IMG/VR virus record: IMGVR_UViG_3300021255_000042 | Coordinates: 45,729-109,728 of that record | Strand: one strand, 5' to 3' | Source of the DNA: a virus | Taxonomy: Duplodnaviria > Caudoviricetes | Length of the DNA: 64,000 nt | In this document: positions 1 through 9,388 of the stretch, piece by piece | Layout: every line of letters begins with the position of its first letter | How positions within the stretch are numbered: position 1 is the first letter of the stretch | Translations under genes and position numbers: made by a program | The notes under the pieces: model-generated | The model's database searches: none | Seen by the model: the letters and a program-made list of their open reading frames with translations, nothing else | What the model was told of the DNA's origin: nothing

Positions 1-544
1 TTGCCTCCATATCGGCATCGCCATCGGAATAGTCGGTACGGTACGGCTTCTGGTATTTGTCGTAGATGCCCTTTTTCTTCCCTTGCTCCATAATCTTCTC
101 GTATGCCTTGAAATTGAGCTTCGCGGCATCGTAAAGGAACGCGGAAAGAACGTCAGCACGCGTCTTACCTTCGCTGGTGTAGCAACACCAACCACCGGCA
201 CTCATCCAGTTTTTACCTGAACCGGCAGCGTTGACGTGAATTGACATATAGAGGCATTTCTTTGCACCAACCTTCTTACAGATTGCGTTTACGAAGTTGA
301 CACGATACGCCAGTTCGCGGTTCTGCTCGGCCTTGGAGGAAGCGGCCTTGATGTCGGTGTTTGGGATCAACGGCTCATAGTCCACGACTACGTTAAAACC
401 GTCAGCTTCCAGATCGGCCTTGACTCTGGAAACTATCTCACGGGAATACACAGCTTCACGAAGGGTGCCGTCCGGCGAACGTTTGCCGGGCGTTGTCTGG
501 AGATGTGCTGTGCCAAGGATAACTGTAAAGTCTGCTTTATTCAT
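1..544 (-). CDS. N-acetylmuramoyl-L-alanine amidase (Amidase_3) endolysin, truncated by window start
   Basis: Not in the ORF track. Manual translation from ATG 544: MNKADFTVILGTAHLQTTPGKRSPDGTLREAVYSRE...YVSIHVNAAG, showing the H..E and SIHxNA zinc-amidase motifs. Confidence 0.85.
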   Translation of the reverse strand, partial: MNKADFTVILGTAHLQTTPGKRSPDGTLREAVYSREIVSRVKADLEADGFNVVVDYEPLIPNTDIKAASSKAEQNRELAYRVNFVNAICKKVGAKKCLYMSIHVNAAGSGKNWMSAGGWCCYTSEGKTRADVLSAFLYDAAKLNFKAYEKIMEQGKKKGIYDKYQKPYRTDYSDGDADMEA

Positions 545-743
545 AATCTATTGATACGATTGGTATAAACCACTCTTTTTCATCAAGGAACGGTTCGCCT
601 TCCAATTCAATCCAGGCACCGAAAATGCCCATCCAGTTCCTTCTGACTTCAACGATTTTGCCGCTTCTAAAAGCAAGCTCCATCAATTGCATTTCCGCAA
701 GCTCCTCGGAGGGCAGGATAAGAATGGTATCTCCAATCTTCAT
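537..743 (-). CDS. small hypothetical protein
   Basis: 68-aa ORF abutting its neighbours in the operon. Confidence 0.6.
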   Translation of the reverse strand: MKIGDTILILPSEELAEMQLMELAFRSGKIVEVRRNWMGIFGAWIELEGEPFLDEKEWFIPIVSIDYE

Positions 744-1030
744 TACTCTTCTTCAGCTTTGCTTTCATTGAAAGGTTCGTCTGAGCCTGGATTCATGCGC
801 ATCCGATACCTATCAACAAGTTCTCTCGTTTTGTATTCGTATTTGAGGTCGAGCCCCCAGACTGCTCCTACGAATCCAAGGAACAAACCAAAGGCTGTTA
901 TGACGGACGGGTCAATAACGCCTCTGGGCGGGATGAACAGAGAAATAAATACAAGAGCGATTCCTGCAATAAGAACAACTCCGGCAAGAGCGAATTGAAT
1001 GGCTTCTTTTGTGCCTTTACTCAGCTTCAT
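743..1030 (-). CDS. putative holin (2 TM)
   Basis: Two hydrophobic helices and a charged C-tail, upstream of the amidase. Likely start MKLSKG at 1030. Confidence 0.6.
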   Translation of the reverse strand: MKLSKGTKEAIQFALAGVVLIAGIALVFISLFIPPRGVIDPSVITAFGLFLGFVGAVWGLDLKYEYKTRELVDRYRMRMNPGSDEPFNESKAEEE

Positions 1031-1517
1031 TAGGCGTATCGGTTTGAGATTTTTGTTCAGGAACGATGACATTGAAGGTTATACCCGATTCACCACCGCC
1101 GTTGATCTCAAACTTATTGACCTGCGATTCTTTCACCGGGTACATCTCCATCAGGGCTTTACTTGCGCTAACTGCTACGCTTCTCAATGCTGCTGGAGAC
1201 AATGCTTTCCCACGGCGATCATAGTATATATCCCTGGAAGTCTCTTCAATGATGTGCTTAAGGTTAGCTGTGAGGAAACGCTTCATATTCTTCGCATCCT
1301 CAATTGACAGCTCTTCAAGCTCCTTGACGTACTCGGTAATACGAGGTTCCTGTAACAGAACCGCCGCCTTTTGGTTATTGAACATCTCGTCTTCCTTGCT
1401 TGTGTGGAAGACATCGGCGTAGCATTTAGCGGCATTGCCCGCGTAAGGGGCGCACCCATTCACGAACAACTCGCAAAAGATGCGCTCCTCCTTGGATATT
1501 TTGGATGCCACTGACAT
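1017..1517 (-). CDS. terminase small subunit
   Basis: N-terminal pattern ERIFCELFV...GNAAKCY...AAVLLQEPRITEYVKEL resembles the TerS HTH. Preceded by the late-promoter motif. Confidence 0.65.
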   Translation of the reverse strand: MSVASKISKEERIFCELFVNGCAPYAGNAAKCYADVFHTSKEDEMFNNQKAAVLLQEPRITEYVKELEELSIEDAKNMKRFLTANLKHIIEETSRDIYYDRRGKALSPAALRSVAVSASKALMEMYPVKESQVNKFEINGGGESGITFNVIVPEQKSQTDTPNEAE

Positions 1518-1541
1518 TGCTATATCTTTTCTTTTACTAAA

Positions 1542-1568
1542 TAATAGCCGTTACCTATTCTTTTTGTT
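1542..1568 (-). promoter_or_regulatory. putative phage late promoter AAC-N18-CTATTA
   Basis: One of 7 copies upstream of morphogenesis genes. Confidence 0.55.
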
Positions 1569-1818
1569 CATTCTTGGCACCGAGCAACTGGCTCATAATA
1601 ATCTTACGCCAAATCTCCCCCATACCCTCTATCGCGGCCTCAACATCTTCGATCGTTTTGATGAAGTCCATGTTGAAATTTATCTGGAGATCATAGCCGC
1701 TAATCTCCACCAGATTCTGACCTATATCCGGGTTGGAAACCACGAACACATCCCTGTCAGACACGGATTTGAAGACCACCTTTGGTTCTTCCTGCATTTC
1801 AGGTAATTTGCTTTCCAT
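1555..1818 (-). CDS. hypothetical protein
   Basis: ORF with likely ATG at 1818 (MESKLPE), just after the exonuclease stop. Confidence 0.6.
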   Translation of the reverse strand: MESKLPEMQEEPKVVFKSVSDRDVFVVSNPDIGQNLVEISGYDLQINFNMDFIKTIEDVEAAIEGMGEIWRKIIMSQLLGAKNEQKE

Positions 1819-1822
1819 TGTA

Positions 1823-2605
1823 TCAGATTTTGAAGTGTTTACGTGTCTTTTCGGTCTTGCTGACGGCAAGGGCTTCACCGCCTTCTCCAGAAGCATTCCT
1901 CATACGCTGGGTGAGAACGGCAACTACGTTCGTGGTGGCCGATACGTCCGCGTCCGCATCGTGGGCATCGTCCAGTTCAATTCCAAGCTTCTCGCAAATC
2001 AGCTCCAGCTTGTAGGAAACGATGTCGTCACGGTTACAGAGAGCGAGCTGTGCCAGAGGAATCGTGTCAACCAGGTCAGGATGCCAGTTGCCATAGAAGT
2101 CCTCGTGGCCGCGAACAACCTTTGAAAACTCCTTCATCAGACCGGCGTATTCCATCATCTGGCAAAGGAACCCCTCATCAAAAGGAATGTTCTGGCCGAT
2201 GATGAACGGCTTGTTGCTCTTGCCGACCTTAGGGCAAACGTCCGTGATGAACTGGATGAGGTCTGCCGCTACGGTTTCAAGAGGTTCACCTTTCTCTTCC
2301 AGGATTTCCATTGAAAGCCCGGAAACTTCGAAGGCCCTCTCGCCATAGCCCATCATTTCTTTCTCTTCCACCTCGTACTTGGTCTTAAGTACCTTCTTTT
2401 TCTTGCCGGTGGAAACTCCTTTGATTTCTTTCTTCTCGTAAGGCTTGATGTAGCGCACGAACGTTCCAATGCGTTCAAATGTATCAAGCCTGGTAGCGTG
2501 TACTGCAATCTGAGTGCAAGCATCTGTCTGGCAACTCAGGCCGCCGGTTTCAAAATCCAAAGTGAGTGCTACGATTATCGGTTTTTCTTGTTTCGGTGCT
2601 GCCAT
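1823..2605 (-). CDS. DEDDh 3'-5' exonuclease (Pol III epsilon-like)
   Basis: ExoI LDFETGG, ExoII GQNIPFD, ExoIII HDADAD. Confidence 0.9.
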   Translation of the reverse strand: MAAPKQEKPIIVALTLDFETGGLSCQTDACTQIAVHATRLDTFERIGTFVRYIKPYEKKEIKGVSTGKKKKVLKTKYEVEEKEMMGYGERAFEVSGLSMEILEEKGEPLETVAADLIQFITDVCPKVGKSNKPFIIGQNIPFDEGFLCQMMEYAGLMKEFSKVVRGHEDFYGNWHPDLVDTIPLAQLALCNRDDIVSYKLELICEKLGIELDDAHDADADVSATTNVVAVLTQRMRNASGEGGEALAVSKTEKTRKHFKI

Positions 2606-2609
2606 AATG

Positions 2610-3116
2610 TTAGTCGTTTAATGAATTAAAAATCTTTGCTGCTTCATAAAAGAATTCCTCCAGGGTACCATTATTGACAATTATGGCCTTGTAGAAATCC
2701 CTTGGGAGGATTGTGCGCTTATTGTCACGTTCGATACGGTCTGCGCCAATAGCCGGATCGTACTCACGGTCAACGTAGATTGGAACGATGTCATACCGGT
2801 CGCCGAATTTCTCAATCATTTCGACCAGTGCATCCTCATCTATGATATAGGTGCAGACATCATATTCGTCAAGCTGGGAAAGAGCCACCCAGTAATGGAA
2901 ACCGCCAAAGAGTGCGTATGCCAACATCTTTTCACGTGCTGGTACGCAAACATCTTCATCGAACCAATGCTCACGGCCCTGTTCTTCACCGGCACGCATC
3001 GGCCTGGTGGTATGGGACACAAGCTGGGGAATGTCAAGTTCTTCTTCCAAGAAGCGGACGAGAGTTGATTTACCGCTTCCAGAAGGCCCCACGATTGCAT
3101 AAATCTTCGTTTTCAT
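2610..3116 (-). CDS. gmk: guanylate kinase-like protein
   Basis: GPSGSGKST P-loop and VSHTTRPMRAGE motif. Confidence 0.85.
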   Translation of the reverse strand: MKTKIYAIVGPSGSGKSTLVRFLEEELDIPQLVSHTTRPMRAGEEQGREHWFDEDVCVPAREKMLAYALFGGFHYWVALSQLDEYDVCTYIIDEDALVEMIEKFGDRYDIVPIYVDREYDPAIGADRIERDNKRTILPRDFYKAIIVNNGTLEEFFYEAAKIFNSLND

Positions 3117-5284
3117 AATACTTCCAATACACTTTTACGATAGAACTGTAAGTTATTCTTTCCCTGGTAGTCGCTGTATTTTACGGCGGCAGAGCAGACG
3201 ATCAATTTGTCTTTTGCTGCGAGAAGTTGCGGCCTGAGCTCGTTGTATTCCTCAGACCACACGATACACTCGCAGCTGTCATTGTTTTGCTGGAGGAGGA
3301 GTTTGCAGAACACCTTCTTGTCACCGGTACGTTTGTCTTCGTACTTCTTTTCCTCCACATCCACGACCGTGGCGCATATCGCCACCTTCTTGTCCTCCAT
3401 TTCTGACGGAACAATATCTCCCAGGGTAACGTATGTTGCCTTACCCTTAATGAGCGTCTTGGCCTCGGAATTGTCATAGATGCGCTTGTAGTCGATGGCA
3501 CCCATGCCAGACACGGCGATTTGCTGCTGCGACCACCAATAATGTTTTCCACGCATTTCTGACGGCACGTCCTTCTCGGTGATTTCGAATCCGAGACGGG
3601 CGGCAGCTTTTTCCAGGATTGCAAAACGCTCCACTACGGATTCTGCACGCTCAATCTTGTCGAAGCAACCGGCGAAGATGAGATTGCGGATATGCCTTGC
3701 ATTGACTGGGCATTTGGTAGCTTCCTCTTCATTGTCGGGGTCATCCCAGTATTCGTACTTCTTCAACTTGTACTTGAAGATACGGTCGATAAAGTTCTCT
3801 ATACTTGTAAATTCGCCGTTCTTGTTGCGCTCATTGATAATCCAGTCAACCGCCTTTGTGCCGAGCATCTTAATCCTGGAAAGAGACCAGAAGATAGAAT
3901 TGGTTTCGTAGTCAGTGTAGAAAATCTGGCCGCTTACATTGATGTCAGGAGCAACAACGTGTGCCTGACTGCAAGCGTCCATTTCGCCCATAAGAGACAC
4001 GATTTCCTTGTCATCGGCCCACTGGAGAGCAACAGTATAAAAAGCGGTCGGATAGGCCACCTTCAGGTATGCTCCTGCGTAGGCAGTTGCGGCGTATGCG
4101 GTGGCGTGTGACTTGTTGAAGCAGTAGGTACCGGCGGCCTCGATCTGCGCCCAAATCTTATCGCGGTCTTCTGCCGGGCAACCATTCTTGTCGGCACCGG
4201 CCATGAACTTGTCACGCATTGCCTGGATTTTCTCGGTCTTCTTCTTGGAGACGAACTTCACAAGCTTCACACCGTCACCAAGGCTGAATCCACCAATCTC
4301 ACGGGCAAGGCTCACAATCTGCTCCTGGTACACCACAACACCGTAAGTATTTTTCAAGGAATTGTACGTTCCCCAGAGATAAACCGGCGCGATAAGGCCG
4401 TTCTTACAATCCACGAACTCATCGATATTTCCCATCGTGGCCGGGCGATAGATTGCGTTGGCGGCGATAAGGTGCTCGATGCAGGTAGGCTTCAGGTCGA
4501 TAAGGAACTTCGTGATACCACGTGAGCCAAACTGGAAGACGTTCTGCGTGAATCCACGGCCAAGAATGTCGTAAACGCGAGGATCATCCATCGGGCCGGT
4601 TACAATCGATTCCAGGCTCACGTCTTCGTGGTAATGCTCTTTTACAAGGTCGAATACTTCGTGGAGCTTTGACAACTCCTTCGTGGCAAGGCAGTCGTTC
4701 TTAAGAAGGCCCAATTCATCGAGTTCATAGCCATCGTTTTCGCTCACCAGGAGGCCGTCAACTTTCTTGATGGGAACGAAATCGAAGCATTCAACATCCT
4801 CGCCGTCCATATAGTCTGGAGTAACCAGGAGGGCAGATGCGTGAACGGAGCCAGAACGAGGCTGGAACATCAGCGTGCGGATGGATTCGAATAGCTGCGG
4901 ATAGTCGTTGATGAACTTGGCAATTTTCTTCTCGGTTGCGGCCAGCTTGAAAATGCCTGTGAAATCGCACTTGTCATCGTCAAAAATGGCGGTGATATAG
5001 TTGACGATATTGACGGGAATCTTCATCGTTCTGGCCACATCCTTGATAACGGCTTTGACCTTCAGCGTGGTAAGAGTACCGGCTGAGAAAACGCGCTGCT
5101 TCCCATCGTGGTTGTAGCGTTCTTCAATATATGCCTTTACGTCCTGACGGCGGTCGCTTTGATAGTCCTGATCCACGTCCGGCAAGCTGCCACCGGGCCC
5201 TTGGAGATAGCCATCACCGACAAACGTATCTATTGTCTGCACAGGCGCGTTGCTATGAACGCGTTTTACACTCGTTACTTTCAT
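3113..5284 (-). CDS. dnaE: DNA polymerase III alpha, C-terminal half (palm/fingers/HhH/OB), with a 32-aa intein-C-like leader
   Basis: SLPDVDQDY catalytic aspartates, HASALL, GLLKNDCLA, YQEQI, CFNKSHATAY, APDINVS. Confidence 0.92.
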   Translation of the reverse strand: MKVTSVKRVHSNAPVQTIDTFVGDGYLQGPGGSLPDVDQDYQSDRRQDVKAYIEERYNHDGKQRVFSAGTLTTLKVKAVIKDVARTMKIPVNIVNYITAIFDDDKCDFTGIFKLAATEKKIAKFINDYPQLFESIRTLMFQPRSGSVHASALLVTPDYMDGEDVECFDFVPIKKVDGLLVSENDGYELDELGLLKNDCLATKELSKLHEVFDLVKEHYHEDVSLESIVTGPMDDPRVYDILGRGFTQNVFQFGSRGITKFLIDLKPTCIEHLIAANAIYRPATMGNIDEFVDCKNGLIAPVYLWGTYNSLKNTYGVVVYQEQIVSLAREIGGFSLGDGVKLVKFVSKKKTEKIQAMRDKFMAGADKNGCPAEDRDKIWAQIEAAGTYCFNKSHATAYAATAYAGAYLKVAYPTAFYTVALQWADDKEIVSLMGEMDACSQAHVVAPDINVSGQIFYTDYETNSIFWSLSRIKMLGTKAVDWIINERNKNGEFTSIENFIDRIFKYKLKKYEYWDDPDNEEEATKCPVNARHIRNLIFAGCFDKIERAESVVERFAILEKAAARLGFEITEKDVPSEMRGKHYWWSQQQIAVSGMGAIDYKRIYDNSEAKTLIKGKATYVTLGDIVPSEMEDKKVAICATVVDVEEKKYEDKRTGDKKVFCKLLLQQNNDSCECIVWSEEYNELRPQLLAAKDKLIVCSAAVKYSDYQGKNNLQFYRKSVLEVL

Positions 5285-6621
5285 ATTGACATCGTGTGAT
5301 AAGCGTGACGGTCAAAGATGTTATTGTTAGCCTTGTAAGCCTTCTCAAATGCGGTCAATTCGTAGTCTGGGAAGATCATCCGCTTCGTGATAAAGCTCTC
5401 GGATGCGATTCCTTCCAGCGTCCTACAACGGCTCAGGGCAACGTAAAGCTGTCCGGGACAGAACATACCCTTTGAGTGGATGACGATGTTGTCAAAAGTC
5501 AACCCCTGGCTCTTATGGATGGTAATTGCCCAGGCAAGTGCAAGCGGGAATTGTTCACACGTTCCCTTTACAACTCGCTCAATCTTCTTCACTGGCAAGC
5601 CATTCTCAACGGTATCTACGGCCTTGTACTCGCATTGCTCCCAGATGTACGGGCCGATTTCCACGAGGTAGCCGTTGTCAAGCTGGACGAGAATGCTCTT
5701 CTCACCAAGCTCTTCCACAACTCCGAGAGAGCCGTTATAGTAATGACCTTCCTTATCGTTGACAAGCGTCATTACACGGGCACCGACACGAAGGCTGAGG
5801 GTTGTGTCACAAGGCGCGTTGGCCTCTGGGAAGTCGCCCTTTATCTTGCAATCGTAATTGTGTGTCGGTATGCCAAGCAGTTCCCGGTTGATATTCGCAA
5901 CGTCCTGACGGTGGGAGCAGATATGAATGTGCTTGCTATCGAAATTGGTACTCAGTTCCTTGTTACGCAGCTCAGAAAGAATCTGCAAATCGTCAAACGT
6001 AAGTTGGTAGTTGCGGATATGGTTCAGGATCGTGATGAAGTTTTCATCGGTCTGCCTGAAGATATGGGTGAGCTCAATAACACGGAACCCCTTCTCACGG
6101 AACACTGATGCGTTGAAGAAATAAGGGCCACGATACATACTTTCGATGAACTCGCGCTCATCGGCCTTGACAACCGGCGGGAGCTGATGAAGGTCTCCGA
6201 ACATAACGAGCTGGATACCTCCAAACGGTTCTGCATTCTGCCGGTACATCCTCAGCTTTTTGTCGATGAAGTCCATCACATCGGCACGCACCATACTGAT
6301 TTCGTCTATGATAAGGACATCGATGCAGTTTGCCAGGTACTTCTTGTTGGCAAAGAACTTGGAATCCGATGCAGCCGTAGGCCCAAGCGGGCCGAACGGG
6401 ATATTGAGGAAGCTATGAAGCGTGATTCCACCGGCATTTACTGCGGCCACGCCGGTAGGTGCCGTGATGATGAATCGCTTATTGATGTTTTCAACAAGGT
6501 ATTTTAGAAAAGTGGTCTTACCCGTACCAGCCTTACCAGTGATATAGATGGATTCGTTGGTATTCTGAACGATTTCAAGGGCCGTGGCCATTTCATTCGT
6601 TATCGTGATGTTAGGTGTCAT
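5281..6621 (-). CDS. Pif1/RecD-like SF1B helicase
   Basis: TGKAGTGKT, APTGVAA, IIDEISM, GDLHQLPPV, AWAITIHKSQGLT, GQLYVALSR. Confidence 0.92.
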   Translation of the reverse strand: MTPNITITNEMATALEIVQNTNESIYITGKAGTGKTTFLKYLVENINKRFIITAPTGVAAVNAGGITLHSFLNIPFGPLGPTAASDSKFFANKKYLANCIDVLIIDEISMVRADVMDFIDKKLRMYRQNAEPFGGIQLVMFGDLHQLPPVVKADEREFIESMYRGPYFFNASVFREKGFRVIELTHIFRQTDENFITILNHIRNYQLTFDDLQILSELRNKELSTNFDSKHIHICSHRQDVANINRELLGIPTHNYDCKIKGDFPEANAPCDTTLSLRVGARVMTLVNDKEGHYYNGSLGVVEELGEKSILVQLDNGYLVEIGPYIWEQCEYKAVDTVENGLPVKKIERVVKGTCEQFPLALAWAITIHKSQGLTFDNIVIHSKGMFCPGQLYVALSRCRTLEGIASESFITKRMIFPDYELTAFEKAYKANNNIFDRHAYHTMSI

Positions 6622-8339
6622 AGCTCGTCAATTGTAAACAGTTCATCTTTGTTGTCGAAAAGGATGTCATCACCTTCCTCTATTTCATCTGCATAAATTG
6701 TTATCGGCTCTTCCTCGCCGTCCCTGCGGACATAAAGCTGTGCATCACGGTCGATCTTCAAGGTCTTGCCATTTCCCAGGGTGACTTCAACATAGTCGCT
6801 GGAATCGATGTCTTCACCGATTATTGTGGTACTGGAAGGATAGAGCCCGGCCCTTTCGGGAAGTAGGAACCGCTCGAAGATGAGGTCATAACGAAGCGGA
6901 TCAATGAGGGTGATGCCAAGGAGGTACAACAGCAACGAACCCGCCGCCGAGCCTCGTCCACACCCAACGAGAATGTTGTTTCTACGGCTCCAATTACAGG
7001 TGTCGTACTGAACGAGAAGATAGTCAACATTGTTGGTAGATTCTATTATGTACTTTTCATACTCCATCTGCTTGCGGTACTTCTCCTGGCTTTCAGCGTC
7101 CTTCGGAACAAGCCGGTCGAAACCTTCTTCAAGAAGCTGGATAAACATATTGTGCGTGGTGCCGTACTTCTCTGCCTCTTCCGGTGTCATGGTGTATTTC
7201 GGCATAAAGTTGCGGTCGTTCTCAAACCTGGCGGTGGCGTGTTCCGCAATGAAAACTGCGTTGGAAGCGCACTCTTCGAACAAGGCTTCAATATCCCAGG
7301 CTTCTTCATCAAAGAGCTGGGTGAATAATGCGTAATGTTCGTCAACATCCTTAAAGTATTGCTCATCGCTCTGCTCATGCGCCGCGCCGGAAGCAATCTT
7401 GTTTAGGATAATCTTGTTCTTCGAATCGGTCTTGTCAAGATAATAGGCATCGGTGAGAAGAACCGGATCAACCGCATAGTCGGCATTGTCGTAAACCTTG
7501 TCGAAATACAGCTTGGCCGCTTCCAGGACACGGATGTCAATGCGCTCAGCCTTGTACTCAGTCAGATCAACCTGGAAGAAGATGTCGTCATAGCTTTCCT
7601 TCAGCTCTCTGACGGCCTTAGGATTGGCGATAATCCACTCGGACGAATACTTATCCAGGACGATAAAATTGCCCTCTCCACGGCGTTTTAATTCATCAAA
7701 CGTAATGGTCTGGTCTTCGCTGTCAACCATAACGGCCTTTTGAATGCGGAGTAGGTTTCTCAGGCCCTTCTGGGTACTGACATAGACCTTTGCGCCAACC
7801 AAATCCTCTCCGTAGTGGAAAGAAAGCGAATATCCGAATACGAACTTTAGGCCCTCTTCATCACAGCATTTTTGGAGATTGTAGCAGGCAGCCATCGTGT
7901 TCCGGTCGCAGATTCCGATTGCCTTGTGGCCGAGGAACTTCGCCTTCTTCACCCACATCTCAGGCATAAAGCTTCCGTTTAGGAGTTCGAACGGCGTGTG
8001 TACGCCCAGGTTGACAATCTCAACATCGTTCTTGGCCGGTTCAACCCTGGTGCCGACATACTTCAGGATGTTCAGCGCGAAGCCTTTTCTAAGGTCGAAG
8101 TAATACCAGTTGTCACCGAACTTGAACGTGATGTAGTTGATGTCCTCTGCCATAAGAATCGCCGGTTCCTCCATACTGTTGAAGATTACCTCGTTGTCCT
8201 TATTGAGCCTGAAGATGGAGTTGAGTTCACTCATATCTTCATAGTACACCTTGCCAAGACCTGGAAGCTCGACAACCTCATTGTCAACGACAGTGTATTG
8301 TATTTTGTTGGCTTCAAGCCATTCAAGTAATTCGTTCAT
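6618..8339 (-). CDS. dnaE: DNA polymerase III alpha, N-terminal half (PHP domain), with an intein-N-like tail
   Basis: HTPFELLNG PHP motif, GCGRGSAAGSLLLYLLGIT, DPLRYDLIFERFLLPER. Confidence 0.92.
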   Translation of the reverse strand: MNELLEWLEANKIQYTVVDNEVVELPGLGKVYYEDMSELNSIFRLNKDNEVIFNSMEEPAILMAEDINYITFKFGDNWYYFDLRKGFALNILKYVGTRVEPAKNDVEIVNLGVHTPFELLNGSFMPEMWVKKAKFLGHKAIGICDRNTMAACYNLQKCCDEEGLKFVFGYSLSFHYGEDLVGAKVYVSTQKGLRNLLRIQKAVMVDSEDQTITFDELKRRGEGNFIVLDKYSSEWIIANPKAVRELKESYDDIFFQVDLTEYKAERIDIRVLEAAKLYFDKVYDNADYAVDPVLLTDAYYLDKTDSKNKIILNKIASGAAHEQSDEQYFKDVDEHYALFTQLFDEEAWDIEALFEECASNAVFIAEHATARFENDRNFMPKYTMTPEEAEKYGTTHNMFIQLLEEGFDRLVPKDAESQEKYRKQMEYEKYIIESTNNVDYLLVQYDTCNWSRRNNILVGCGRGSAAGSLLLYLLGITLIDPLRYDLIFERFLLPERAGLYPSSTTIIGEDIDSSDYVEVTLGNGKTLKIDRDAQLYVRRDGEEEPITIYADEIEEGDDILFDNKDELFTIDEL

Positions 8340-9388
8340 AATCTGTTATCTAAGGTTGTCAATTTGAATTCTACTGGAGTTTTGATGTTTAGTGAGAAGG
8401 TGTCGAAGATTTCCCAGAAGTCCATTTCATCCCAGTCTTTTCCGTCACTCTCGATCCTTGCAATGTAGCAGTCGAAGTATTCGTTCAAGTCCATAGCGGC
8501 CTTGTTGATTGCCTCAGTTGCATCAGAATCATACCCTATCACAACCGTCCGCACGCCCTTGGATTGGAGCTTATAAATCTGGGTGTCTGAAATCTTCTTC
8601 CCAAACGTGGCAACGGCTGCAATCCTTGTGTTGTCGTACAGATTGAGTTTCCTGGTGAGGGCAATCACATCGAACACACCCTCACAAAGAATCACGGTGT
8701 CGGTCTCGTCCTCTATCACAGAATCATAGTTGTAGAGCAGCTTGACGAAATCGTTCTCACCCTCCTTGGAGCCGCTGTTGTTGTACCGGCGAATCTCGAA
8801 CTTTCCCTTCAGACGGGCCTGGCGATTGTATGCGTCAATCTTCTCCTTTGGCCACGTATGCCTGCTGATGTAGCCTACAACGTCACCACCGTCAATGATG
8901 GGAAACACCACATAATCGTCAAACTTGAAGTTCAGGCCGCGAGTGGTTCCAACTGGGAAGTACTCATAGTCGTCTGCCGTGAAGCCACGCGACTTAAGGT
9001 ACGGATTCCGAAAGCAACGCTTCCATCCTTCAGGCATATCGACCACGTTCAGTTCATCGTCAATCTCTTCCTCGTCTATGGTAGCGAACTGTGGAATTTC
9101 AAGCGGCTGGAAGGAAGCTGTCTCTTGAATCTTCAGATCAGACCGGCCAATATCTTCCAGGAGCTGATTGACATCGGTTGTCGTGTGGCCGCAGGAGAAG
9201 CAGTGGGCCATAAAGAGTTTCTTCTTGGCCGTCTCTTTCCCGATATAAATGCCGAACTTGCCACCTGCGTGACCACAATACGGGCAGTAAGGAACGATGA
9301 GGTTCTTGCGCCCGCCGTCCGGTTTGGCGTGAAGTTCGTTGGTGAGTTCCTGAATTAGAAACTCACGTTGTTCCCTATCGATATACAT
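8336..9388 (-). CDS. DNA primase (Zn finger + Toprim)
   Basis: CPYC...CFSC, ILCEGVFD, YDSD, GKDWDE. Confidence 0.88.
   Translation of the reverse strand: MYIDREQREFLIQELTNELHAKPDGGRKNLIVPYCPYCGHAGGKFGIYIGKETAKKKLFMAHCFSCGHTTTDVNQLLEDIGRSDLKIQETASFQPLEIPQFATIDEEEIDDELNVVDMPEGWKRCFRNPYLKSRGFTADDYEYFPVGTTRGLNFKFDDYVVFPIIDGGDVVGYISRHTWPKEKIDAYNRQARLKGKFEIRRYNNSGSKEGENDFVKLLYNYDSVIEDETDTVILCEGVFDVIALTRKLNLYDNTRIAAVATFGKKISDTQIYKLQSKGVRTVVIGYDSDATEAINKAAMDLNEYFDCYIARIESDGKDWDEMDFWEIFDTFSLNIKTPVEFKLTTLDNRL

Noticed and set aside
5189-6851. Canonical active split intein, group I intron or simple pseudogene in dnaE
   Set aside because: The splicing residues (block A, TxxH, terminal Asn) are missing, there is no non-coding intron sequence (genes overlap by ATGA), and both halves keep intact catalytic motifs.
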